Part shown: positions 55,393-64,000 of the stretch, one piece after another
Position numbering within the stretch: position 1 is the stretch's first letter
Layout: every line of letters begins with the position of its first letter
Source: an uncultured Gammaproteobacteria bacterium
Lineage (GTDB): Bacteria > Patescibacteriota > Patescibacteriia > UBA9934
NCBI GenBank assembly: GCA_964552565.1
Contig: CAZKGL010000002.1
Location: 365 to 64,364, forward strand
Reading direction: 5' to 3'
DNA: 64,000 nt
Program-made: the position numbers and the translations under genes
The notes under the pieces: generated by a model
The model's input: only the letters and a program-made list of their open reading frames with translations
Database searches by the model: none
Told to the model about the DNA's origin: nothing

Positions 55393-56034
55393 ATGCTCGA
55401 CACACAGCACCGCCGCGTGGGCGTGTTCATCGATATCCAGAACATGTACTACAGCGCACGCAACCTTTACGGAAACAAGGTGAACTTTGCCAACATCGTG
55501 AAAGCGACGACCGGTGACCAGAAGCTCATCCGCGCCATCGCGTACGGCGTCTCGACGAAAGGCGGGGACGAAACCGCGTTCTTCGAGGCGCTCCACGGCG
55601 CAGGCATCGAAGTGATGACCAAAGAGCTCCTCGAGTACGACTCAGGGCACAAGAAAGGCGACTGGGATGTCGGCATTACGATCGACATCGTCCGCATGCT
55701 CGACATGGTGGACGTCGTCGTCCTCGTGTCCGGCGATGGCGATTACGTGCCGGTGGGCGATTACGTGAAGGGGCGCGGCCGCATCTTCCATGTCGCGTCC
55801 TTCCGCGAGTCGACCTCGACGCGCCTGGTCGAGACCGCGGACATCTACACGAACCTTTCCGACGACACCGCGCAGTTCCTCATCCCGGGCGGCGGCCGTC
55901 CGCGCCCGCCGCGCAAGGGCGAGGCAAGCATCGACCCGACGTCGGTCGAAGACGAACCGAAACCCGCGCAGGTCGACCACAACGTCGTCAACGACGAGCA
56001 GCGCAAGCCGCGCCGCTTCGCCCGCCGTGGATAG
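55393..56034 (+). CDS. NYN (LabA/DUF88) domain protein
   Basis: VFID.QN.Y, K.DWDV.I.ID, LVSGDGD. Confidence 0.92.
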   Translation: MLDTQHRRVGVFIDIQNMYYSARNLYGNKVNFANIVKATTGDQKLIRAIAYGVSTKGGDETAFFEALHGAGIEVMTKELLEYDSGHKKGDWDVGITIDIVRMLDMVDVVVLVSGDGDYVPVGDYVKGRGRIFHVASFRESTSTRLVETADIYTNLSDDTAQFLIPGGGRPRPPRKGEASIDPTSVEDEPKPAQVDHNVVNDEQRKPRRFARRG

Positions 56035-56157
56035 TTGACGCAAAGCCATCGAACCGGTTCGATGGCTCCCGTCACTTATTCATAACATCGGCCCGGGACA
56101 TCGAGACCTTTGCCGTATGGCTGAGTTCTTGTGCCTCGGGCCGAGCAACGTCACGCT

Positions 56158-58404
56158 ATGCAAACGCAGCAGTTCAGCATGGAGTACGGCGGCAAGCCGC
56201 TCACCATTGAGGTAGGGAAGTTCGCCCAGGCGGCAAACGGCAGTTGTACGGTGCGCTACGGCGACACCGTCGTCCTTGCCACCGCCGTCCTCAGCAAGGA
56301 CAAGCGGCCGGGGCTCGGGTTCTTCCCGCTCATGGTCGAGTTCGAAGAAAAATTGTACGCCGCCGGCCGCATCAAGGGGTCGCGCTTCATCAAGCGTGAA
56401 GGCCGCCCGACCGACGAAGCGGTGCTCAACGCGCGCTTCATCGACCGCGCCATCCGCCCGCTCTTTGACAGTCGCATCGAACACGACGTGCAGGTCATCG
56501 TGACCGTGCTCGCGTTCGACGGTAAGAACGACGCGGACATCCCAGGCCTCATCGCCGCGTCCTGCGCGCTCCACATGTCCGATATCCCGTGGGGCGGCCC
56601 TATCGCCGCGGCACGCGTGAACAAGGTCGATGGCCAGCTGCTCCTGAACGGCACCTACGAAGAGCGCGAAAAGAGCCTCTTTGACGTCGATGTCGCCGGC
56701 ACCCCGGAAAAGGTCATCATGATCGAGGCGGGTGCGAAGGAAGCAAGCGAAGACGACGTCCTCGCCGCATTCGCGTTCGGCCAGGAGCGCCTCGGCGACG
56801 TCATTACGCTCATCGAGCAGGTCCGCGCCGCGGTCGGCAAGGAAAAGAAGGACCTCGTGTCGCCGAAAACGGACGCGGAAAAGGCGGCGGCCGAAAAGCG
56901 CACCGTTCTCAAAGCGAAGGCGGACGCCATTATGGAGCCCCTTATCCGCGAACTCTTCTACGGCGCGCCGAAGGCGACGAAAACCGAACGCGCACTCGCG
57001 AAGGACGAAGTGAAACGCCGCCTTGTCGCGCAACTGACGGCGGAAGGCGCGGAACCGGACGACATCGCATACACCTCGTCGCTCGTGTACGACTGCATCG
57101 AGGCGATGATCACGCGGCTCATTCTTGACGAAGGCCGACGCGTCGACGGCCGCGGGCTCGACGAGATCCGCCCGTTGTATTCGGAAGTCGCGACGCTGCC
57201 GTGCGTGCACGGGTCCGGCCTCTTCATGCGCGGCGAAACGCAGGTCCTGTCGGTGTGCACTCTCGGCGCGCCGGGCGACAAACAGACGCTCGACGGCATG
57301 GAACTCATCGGCGAGAAACGGTTTATGCACCACTACAACTTCCCGCCGTTCTCGGTCGGTGAAGCGAAGCCCTTGCGCGGTGCGGGCCGCCGCGAAATCG
57401 GCCACGGCGCGCTCGCCGAAAAGGCGCTCATGCACATGATCCCGGACAAGGAGGCGTTCCCGTACTCCATCCGCGTCGTGTCCGAAGTCCTCGGCAGCAA
57501 CGGCTCGAGTTCGATGGGCTCGACGTGTGGCGCGACGCTCGCGCTCATGGACGCCGGCGTGCCGATCAAGGCCCCGGTCGCGGGTATCGCGATGGGCCTT
57601 GCGAGTGACGGCGAACGCGCGATGGTCATCACCGACCTCCAGGACCTGGAGGACGGCGAGGGCGGCATGGACTTCAAAATCACCGGCACGAAGGACGGCA
57701 TTACTGCCATCCAGATGGACACGAAGACCGACGGCCTGACGCGGGAGATCATGGAAACCGCGGTGCGCCGCGCCAAGGAGGCCCGCATGCGGGTGCTCGA
57801 CGTCATGCTCGCCGCGCTCCCCGCACCGCGTCCGGAGCTTTCCCCGAACGCGCCGCGCATCCTCAAGCTCCGCATTAACCCGGACAAGATCCGCGAAGTC
57901 ATCGGCCCGGGCGGCAAGATGATCAACGAGATCATCGCAAAGACCGGCGTGACCGCGATCGACATCGAACAAGATGGCCTCGTCATGATTACTGCGGTCG
58001 ACGGCGCATCGGGCGACGCGGCATACAAGTGGATCGCTGACCTGACGAAGGAAGTGACCGTCGGCGAACTGTACGAGGGCGAGGTCGTCCGCCTCATGGA
58101 CTTCGGCGCGTTCGTGCAGATCCTTCCGGGCAAGGACGGCCTCGTGCACATCTCGGAACTCGCGCCGTGGCGCGTGAATGCCGTCACCGACATCGTGAAT
58201 ATCGGTGACAAGGTCAAGGTGAAAGTCATCGAAATCGACGACAAGGGCCGCACGAACCTCTCCATGAAACAGGCCGAGGGCAACGTCTACCCGGAGCGCC
58301 CCGCCGGCGCGCCGGACAGCACCGGCAGCGGCATGCGGAGCGCCCGTCCGCCCATGCGCGGCGGGAACGGCTCCCGCGGTCCGCGCCGCGATACGCGATC
58401 GTAA
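56158..58404 (+). CDS. pnp: Polynucleotide phosphorylase
   Basis: FFPL.V, RRE.GHG.LAE, SNGSSS, MDFK..GT..G.TA.QMD, KH and S1 domains. Confidence 0.98.
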   Translation: MQTQQFSMEYGGKPLTIEVGKFAQAANGSCTVRYGDTVVLATAVLSKDKRPGLGFFPLMVEFEEKLYAAGRIKGSRFIKREGRPTDEAVLNARFIDRAIRPLFDSRIEHDVQVIVTVLAFDGKNDADIPGLIAASCALHMSDIPWGGPIAAARVNKVDGQLLLNGTYEEREKSLFDVDVAGTPEKVIMIEAGAKEASEDDVLAAFAFGQERLGDVITLIEQVRAAVGKEKKDLVSPKTDAEKAAAEKRTVLKAKADAIMEPLIRELFYGAPKATKTERALAKDEVKRRLVAQLTAEGAEPDDIAYTSSLVYDCIEAMITRLILDEGRRVDGRGLDEIRPLYSEVATLPCVHGSGLFMRGETQVLSVCTLGAPGDKQTLDGMELIGEKRFMHHYNFPPFSVGEAKPLRGAGRREIGHGALAEKALMHMIPDKEAFPYSIRVVSEVLGSNGSSSMGSTCGATLALMDAGVPIKAPVAGIAMGLASDGERAMVITDLQDLEDGEGGMDFKITGTKDGITAIQMDTKTDGLTREIMETAVRRAKEARMRVLDVMLAALPAPRPELSPNAPRILKLRINPDKIREVIGPGGKMINEIIAKTGVTAIDIEQDGLVMITAVDGASGDAAYKWIADLTKEVTVGELYEGEVVRLMDFGAFVQILPGKDGLVHISELAPWRVNAVTDIVNIGDKVKVKVIEIDDKGRTNLSMKQAEGNVYPERPAGAPDSTGSGMRSARPPMRGGNGSRGPRRDTRS

Positions 58405-58405
58405 C

Positions 58406-59650
58406 ATGCAACCGGCACTCAACATCCCCCTAGCGAGCGCGCCAACAACCCGTCGTGATTATCGACGGGTTGTTGCGCTTTGCCTTGCGGTCGCCGCCGG
58501 GCTGTGTGCCGCAGTACTCGCGTTCCGCATTCCGTTTGCTATGAGTACGACGCTCGGCCTCCGTCCGGAGACCACGGCTGCGAGCATCCGCGTCCTCGTC
58601 ACGCCGGCGAACGTCCGCACGCTCGACGAGCGCCTCGGAACATATGCACCCGCAACCGGCCTGCCGTGGACCATGCGGGACATCATCGCACGGAGTAAAC
58701 GGGAATTCAGCATCCATATCACGAGTGACGGGCAGATCAGTATTACCGTCGACACCCCGCTGCCCGAAGAAGACGCGGCGGCGCTGTCGGCATTCGGCTT
58801 TTCGGCTATTACCGCCGATGCCGTAACCGTCATCGTTCCCGACGGCCTGCCGACGGGGGAGACGGGTCCGTCTTTCCGTGCCGGCGCGCTGCTTCCGACG
58901 TACGACGGCGATCTTCATATTTTTGGCGAAGAAACGGCATCGGCGCCGCTACGGATTACCGGCGGCGGCGTCTCCATCGTTGGCATGGGCATCGCGGAAG
59001 ACGGCATTGCATCCGGACTGTTCGCCCCAAATGGCGCAGCCGTCCTGGCAAAACTCGCAATTCCCGCCGGGTTCCACGATGTCCCGATGATGTGGGAGAG
59101 CCTTTTGCCCGTTGCAGCAACGGCGAAAGCGCTGGACACGCTCCTTGCGAACGGCGGCGCACTCCTCGTGACGGAAGATCGTGATGGTCTTGGGTATTTC
59201 CTGAGTTTTCCGCCCGGCGACCTGACCGTGGAAGAACTCGCAAGCCTTGGGAAGGACATCATGAACCGTCAAACTCTGACTACGCAGGCGTGGACAACGG
59301 AAGACGGGGAGGCGTTCACGGAAATCCGGAGCGCAACCGAAGACATTGCAATCGATATCCGGGCGGAAGAAGCATTTACGCTTATTTCCCTGAGTAACAC
59401 CACGGGCAACCTCATTCGGCTCGCGAAGACACCGAACCTCCTTACGCTTGCGAATAGGGACATTTCCTTGGAAAATACTGAAAAGGTACAGTCAGAATGC
59501 ATGTACCGTGCCCATTCATGGTTCAAAACATCCGTACTTCCTCACGCGGAAGTCGCAGGACTCCTGAACACCAACCACACGCTCGTAACATTCCTCAGAA
59601 ACTTCGAGGAAGTCGCAATAAACGTGAGTAAGATTACGCTCTGTTGGTAA
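58406..59650 (+). CDS. Hypothetical membrane-anchored protein, 414 aa
   Basis: Starts 1 nt after the pnp stop; N-terminal TM. Confidence 0.75.
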   Translation: MQPALNIPLASAPTTRRDYRRVVALCLAVAAGLCAAVLAFRIPFAMSTTLGLRPETTAASIRVLVTPANVRTLDERLGTYAPATGLPWTMRDIIARSKREFSIHITSDGQISITVDTPLPEEDAAALSAFGFSAITADAVTVIVPDGLPTGETGPSFRAGALLPTYDGDLHIFGEETASAPLRITGGGVSIVGMGIAEDGIASGLFAPNGAAVLAKLAIPAGFHDVPMMWESLLPVAATAKALDTLLANGGALLVTEDRDGLGYFLSFPPGDLTVEELASLGKDIMNRQTLTTQAWTTEDGEAFTEIRSATEDIAIDIRAEEAFTLISLSNTTGNLIRLAKTPNLLTLANRDISLENTEKVQSECMYRAHSWFKTSVLPHAEVAGLLNTNHTLVTFLRNFEEVAINVSKITLCW

Positions 59651-59653
59651 GAA

Positions 59654-59821
59654 TGTGGATAACATGTGTTTTCTACACAAGTTATCCACAAGCATACACA
59701 AAACTTGCGCAGAAAATTATCCACAAGTGCAAAAAACTATTTATTTACAAAGCATTTGTGCTGTTTACAATAGTTGTTCAACGTCATACAATATTTTTGT
59801 GAACGTCATGCTCTTTCCACA
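59654..59821. promoter_or_regulatory. DnaA-box cluster in AT-rich DNA (candidate oriC)
   Basis: TGTGGATAA 59654, TTATCCACA 59682 and 59717; near-matches at 59671, 59741 and 59813. Confidence 0.7.
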
Positions 59822-59829
59822 AAACCTCT

Positions 59830-60152
59830 AGACCCCTGAACGAAGCATCGATCAGGGATGACATAGGGGAAGTTCCCCGAAGCCCCCACATTTCCAGCTT
59901 CGGGGAATACCTCACTGCTTTACTCTCCATCTCCAGGGGGAACTTCGCTGAGCGACCTGTACGTGCACCGCACGCAAGGAAGCCCATGCAGGGTAGAGCA
60001 GGTCGTCAACGCGAAACGCTGTTGACGCCGATCAGACGGTGAGTAGTCCATTCGACGATGTCGAGTCGACTACCCACCGCCTGAGCGCGGTGTCCGGCAA
60101 TCGCCCTACTGAGGGTAGCGCATCACAACCTGTTCCGCAGGACATATTTTTT
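59830..60152. ncRNA. Candidate structured ncRNA, about 320 nt
   Basis: At least six stems including one of 17 bp; promoter-like sequences on both sides; no convincing ORF. Confidence 0.5.
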
Positions 60153-60258
60153 CCACGTCCACCACGTGTCCACTTGCCTGCAAGAACAGCACTCGCGCTC
60201 CCTCTTTTCAATTTCCGACAGTTTGTTATAGTGCCGAGACTTGCACTTTATTTTCTTT

Positions 60259-60630
60259 ATGAAGAGCCAACTTTTGGACCAACTGAAGGCCCAGCTCTCG
60301 GCAGAAAAGCAGAAACTCGAAGCCGAGCTTGCAAATATCGCCCACCGCACGCAAAACACCGGGGGGGATTTTGATGCGGACTTTCCGTCACACGGCGACA
60401 AAGAAGACGAGAATGCTGCGGAAGTTGCGGAATTCAGCGACAATCTTTCTTTGGAAAGCGAACTCGAGTCCGCGCTGAAGGATGTAAACTCCGCATTGAA
60501 GGCGATCGACACCGGTTCATACGGCAAGTGTAAATACTGCCAGAATGAAATTGATGTCCAGCGCCTCATGGCCCGCCCGACCTCCACGTCGTGCATCGCC
60601 TGCAAGAAAACGCTGACACAGGAAGTCTAG
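60259..60630 (+). CDS. DksA/TraR C4 zinc-finger protein
   Basis: Coiled coil with acidic tip, YGKCKYC..RL.A.P..CIAC. Confidence 0.92.
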   Translation: MKSQLLDQLKAQLSAEKQKLEAELANIAHRTQNTGGDFDADFPSHGDKEDENAAEVAEFSDNLSLESELESALKDVNSALKAIDTGSYGKCKYCQNEIDVQRLMARPTSTSCIACKKTLTQEV

Positions 60631-60632
60631 CC

Positions 60633-61091
60633 ATGCGAACACGCGCCGTCTTGGTCACTGCCATCGCATTTGCCGTGGCACTCCTCGACGGCGCGTTTAA
60701 ATATCTCGCCATTCGCTTCTTGCCGCTCGATTCACAACCCGTGTCCGCGCCGATCGACCTTGCGCTCCACAAAAATCCCGGCATTTCATTCGACATCCCA
60801 CTCCCGATGGCGTTTATCGTCCCATTCACGATCGTGGTGATCGCCGCGTTGCTCATGATGGCTCGTGACGCATGGCGCGGAAACGCCATGCGGTCCGCAT
60901 CAGCGGCCGTCATCGCGCTCGGCGCCCTCGGCAACCTCGTCGATCGCATCATCAACGGGTTTACGACCGATTACCTCATCCTTTTCGCCACGTCGGCCAT
61001 CAATTTGGCAGATATCCTCATCATCGTTGGCGCCGTCGGCCTTTTGTACTACACTCGATACAACCCCCCTGTCCCGTCGCGCGAATCTTAA
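60633..61091 (+). CDS. lspA: Signal peptidase II
   Basis: N.GISF, GALGNLVDR, NLAD. Confidence 0.88.
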   Translation: MRTRAVLVTAIAFAVALLDGAFKYLAIRFLPLDSQPVSAPIDLALHKNPGISFDIPLPMAFIVPFTIVVIAALLMMARDAWRGNAMRSASAAVIALGALGNLVDRIINGFTTDYLILFATSAINLADILIIVGAVGLLYYTRYNPPVPSRES

Positions 61092-61118
61092 GTCACTCCC
61101 CTGTATATCTTTTGGTAT

Positions 61119-62642
61119 ATGGGGTCTTCTTGTAGTTACGCGCCCGCGCTCGTCGGGCTTGCCGCACTTCCCGTGTGCGTGGAGGCGGATATTGCGTCAG
61201 GGCTGCCGAAATTTCTCATCGTCGGCCTGCCGGACGCCGCCGTCAGTGAGTCCCGCGAACGCGTACGGTCGGCGATGAAAAACAGCGGCCTCCCGTTTCC
61301 ACGCACGCACATCACCATCAGCCTTGCGCCCGCCGACGTGCGCAAACAAGGCCCGGCGTACGACCTCGCGATCGCGCTTGCCATTCTTTCCGCGCATGGC
61401 AGCGTGACGCCCGTGCAGCCGCTCTCGCGGTTCGTCTGCCTTGGCGAACTCGCCCTCGATGGCCGGGTACGGCCGGTCCGTGGCGCGCTCCTTGCCGCGA
61501 TGATGGCAAAAGCGCAAGGATTTTCCGGCATTATCGTGGCGCCAGAAAACGCCAACGAGGCCGGCCTCGTCGATGGTATTGCCGTGTATCCGGTCGCAAC
61601 CCTCGCCGAATGCGTCATGCGCCTGGAAGAAGGGTCGTTCGTTGCGCATACGCCGTCATCCATCGCCCGTGAAGGGCGGCGAAATGCCGAGGACATGGCG
61701 AACATCCGTGGCCAGGAGCAGGTAAAGCGCGCGCTCGAGATCGCGGCGGCGGGCGGGCACAATATCCTCCTCTCCGGCACGCCGGGGGCGGGGAAGACGA
61801 TGCTCGCCCGCGCCCTGCCATCCATCCTTCCGGAACTCACATTCGCGGAGGCACTCGAAATCACGATGATCCATTCCGTCGCCGGCACACTTCCCGAGTC
61901 GTCCGCGCTCGTCGCCGAGCGCCCGTTCCGGAGCCCGCACCATACGAGTTCAGGCACTGCGCTCGTCGGTGGCGGATCATGGCCGAAGCCCGGCGAGGTG
62001 TCGCTGGCGCACCGGGGGGTCCTTTTCCTCGACGAGTTCCCCGAGTTCTCCCGCAACGTCCTCGAAAACCTGCGACAGCCGCTGGAGGACGGGGTAGTCG
62101 TCATCTCCCGCGCCGCAGGGACGCTGGAGTTCCCGGCGCGCTTCATGCTCGTCGCCGCGATGAACCCATGCCCATGCGGGTTCCTGAATGACCCCGGCCG
62201 CGCCTGCACCTGCACGCCTGGCCAGATCCTCAAATACCAGCAGAAAATTTCCGGCCCGCTCCTCGACCGGATTGACATGTGCTGCGAGGTGCCGCGCGTC
62301 GACTTTGCAAAACTCACGAGCGCTGCGAACGCCGAACCGTCAGCCGTCATCCGTGCGCGCGTGCAGCGTGCGCGCGACATCCAAACCACACGGTTTGCCG
62401 GCTCCGCCGTCACGATGAACGCCGAACTACGCGCGGAGCCGCTGCGCACGCATTGCGACCTCGATGAGGAGGGGCTTGCGCTCATTAAACATGCCGTCGA
62501 GCGGCTCTCCATGTCTGCACGTGGGTACACCCGCGTACTCCGCGTCGCGCGCACCATCGCGGACCTTGCGGAGTCGGAACAGATCACCGTGCCACACCTC
62601 GCCGAGGCGCTGCAGTACCGGCCGAAGACGGTAGTACAGTAG
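61119..62642 (+). CDS. comM: ComM/YifB Mg-chelatase-like AAA ATPase
   Basis: VGLPD.AV.ES.ERV, GTPGAGKT, RPFRSPHH, PGE.SLAH.GVLFLDE, NPCPCG. Confidence 0.95.
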   Translation: MGSSCSYAPALVGLAALPVCVEADIASGLPKFLIVGLPDAAVSESRERVRSAMKNSGLPFPRTHITISLAPADVRKQGPAYDLAIALAILSAHGSVTPVQPLSRFVCLGELALDGRVRPVRGALLAAMMAKAQGFSGIIVAPENANEAGLVDGIAVYPVATLAECVMRLEEGSFVAHTPSSIAREGRRNAEDMANIRGQEQVKRALEIAAAGGHNILLSGTPGAGKTMLARALPSILPELTFAEALEITMIHSVAGTLPESSALVAERPFRSPHHTSSGTALVGGGSWPKPGEVSLAHRGVLFLDEFPEFSRNVLENLRQPLEDGVVVISRAAGTLEFPARFMLVAAMNPCPCGFLNDPGRACTCTPGQILKYQQKISGPLLDRIDMCCEVPRVDFAKLTSAANAEPSAVIRARVQRARDIQTTRFAGSAVTMNAELRAEPLRTHCDLDEEGLALIKHAVERLSMSARGYTRVLRVARTIADLAESEQITVPHLAEALQYRPKTVVQ

Positions 62643-62655
62643 ACGTAGGTACATC

Positions 62656-62746
62656 GTCATTGCGAGGAGCACGGCGACGAAGACCCGCTGAGCGGGTCAA
62701 AGCAATCTCTGTTCACCTGAGATTGCTTCGCTTCGCTCGCAATGAC
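62656..62746. repeat. Short palindromic intergenic element (REP/RPE-like)
   Basis: GTCATTGCGAG..GCAATCTC..GAGATTGC..CTCGCAATGAC nested inverted repeats. Confidence 0.8.
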
Positions 62747-62779
62747 AATGCCGGGCGTGTTGCCCGGCATTGTGAGTGC

Positions 62780-64000
62780 TTATCGGATGTACGACAGCGG
62801 ATTCATGAAGCTGCCGTTGGCGATGACTTCGAAGTGGAGGTGCGTGCCGGTCGATTTGCCCGTGGAACCGCAGCGCCCGATCGGCGTACCCGCCGTGACG
62901 CTATGGCCGGCCGACACGTAGATGGCGTGATGGTGGCCGTAGCGCGTCACAATGCCGTTGCCGTGGTTGATCTCTACCGTATTGCCGTACCCGCGCAGCC
63001 AGCCGGCGTACTGCACGATGCCGTCCGCAGCGGCGTAGTTGTCGTTGGTCGAGGACCCGTCCGCATGGCCGTTGCAGTCGATGTCGACGCCGGTGTGGTA
63101 CCAACTGAGGCCGCGGACGATATACGAGAGGTCGGTCGGCCACATCATCGCCGCACCGGTGTTCTTCACGGTCGACGCGGTTGACGTGGTCGGCGCGGCG
63201 GTAAGGACGCGCGACACCGCTTCGCGGCGGCTCGTCGGGGTCGGCGCTTGGATTTCGCCGCCAGGAATAACGAGCGTTTCACCGGCGGATAGCGTCCCGC
63301 TGTCGTCGAGGCGGTTGTACGCGATCACCTCGCTCTGCTCGACACCGTACGTCTTTGCGATGCGTGCAACGGTATCGCCGCTCTTCACCGTGTGCTGGAC
63401 GCCGGAGACCGGAAGGATCGTCAGGACCTGGCCCGGCTTCACGACGCTTCGGACGTTCAGGCTGTTCGCCCACAAGAGTGTATTGAGGCTGATGCCGTAG
63501 CTCGCCGCGATGGTCGAAAGCGTGTCGCCTTCCTGGACCGTGTAGGTTTCGATCGCTTCACGCGGTGCAACGCTCGCACTGCCCTCTGCAATGGCGAGCG
63601 ACGAAAGGGCGCCGCCGCCGACAAGCGACGTGGTCATCACCGCGCCCGATGCGTCCGTCCCGCCCACGGGAACGGAAAGCGTGCTTGCGGAGAGATACTT
63701 CACCGGCGGTGCAGACGTCACGTCAGACACATCGGCGTAGTCGTCGATCAACTCCTGTTCGTCATTCGTCACGAGGCCGTACATAAGGCTGCGTTCGCCA
63801 TATGTTTCGGCGCGGACGTCGGTCAGCTGGATGTTTACGACGCCGGCAGCGACCGCGATCGCGATGGCGACAGTGTGGAACATGTGGCGGTTCGCCACGG
63901 CGTACATGAGCCGGTTTTTCGCCGGGCGGTAAAAGCGCTGCATGCGGCGGCGCAGCAAATAGACTCCGTGGTATGCGGGAACCACGACACGCGGCAAAAG
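62780..64000 (-). CDS. LysM x2 plus M23 peptidase (5' end probably outside the window)
   Basis: YTVQEGDTLS.IA, HTVKSGDT, HTGVD, YGH, GSTG.STG.HLHFEV. Confidence 0.93.
   Translation of the reverse strand, partial: LLPRVVVPAYHGVYLLRRRMQRFYRPAKNRLMYAVANRHMFHTVAIAIAVAAGVVNIQLTDVRAETYGERSLMYGLVTNDEQELIDDYADVSDVTSAPPVKYLSASTLSVPVGGTDASGAVMTTSLVGGGALSSLAIAEGSASVAPREAIETYTVQEGDTLSTIAASYGISLNTLLWANSLNVRSVVKPGQVLTILPVSGVQHTVKSGDTVARIAKTYGVEQSEVIAYNRLDDSGTLSAGETLVIPGGEIQAPTPTSRREAVSRVLTAAPTTSTASTVKNTGAAMMWPTDLSYIVRGLSWYHTGVDIDCNGHADGSSTNDNYAAADGIVQYAGWLRGYGNTVEINHGNGIVTRYGHHHAIYVSAGHSVTAGTPIGRCGSTGKSTGTHLHFEVIANGSFMNPLSYIR

Overview
High-GC bacterial chromosomal segment. Gene content, short or absent Shine-Dalgarno leaders on core genes and a compact rpoB suggest a Patescibacteria/CPR (Parcubacteria-like) genome; this is inference, as the window has no rRNA. 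Genetic code 11 fits. Core genes: smc, nrnA, cca, ruvC, rpoBC, recA, ftsK, efp/epmA, rpsF-ssb-rpsR, ychF, rmuC, rpsT, holA, polA, ndh, xer, rpsO, pnp, dksA/traR, lspA, comM and five tRNAs. Two parS sites and a DnaA-box cluster suggest the window lies near oriC. An 11-kb cell-surface cluster includes a 1500-aa fibre protein with two autocleavage-type domains. The most striking pattern is about ten scattered solo orphan genes, mostly with a resident-style sigma70 promoter and 3' hairpins, that use a different translation-start grammar (strong GGAGG plus C-rich spacer) from the largely SD-less 'T-ATG' core genes. They include a Ser/Thr kinase, a catalytically dead caspase-fold membrane protein, and a 17-aa peptide coupled to a ThiH-like radical SAM enzyme. 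Other oddities: an apparently hinge-less SMC, several unexplained structured non-coding regions and a tRNA-linked repeat. All family assignments come from motif recognition by eye; no searches were run.
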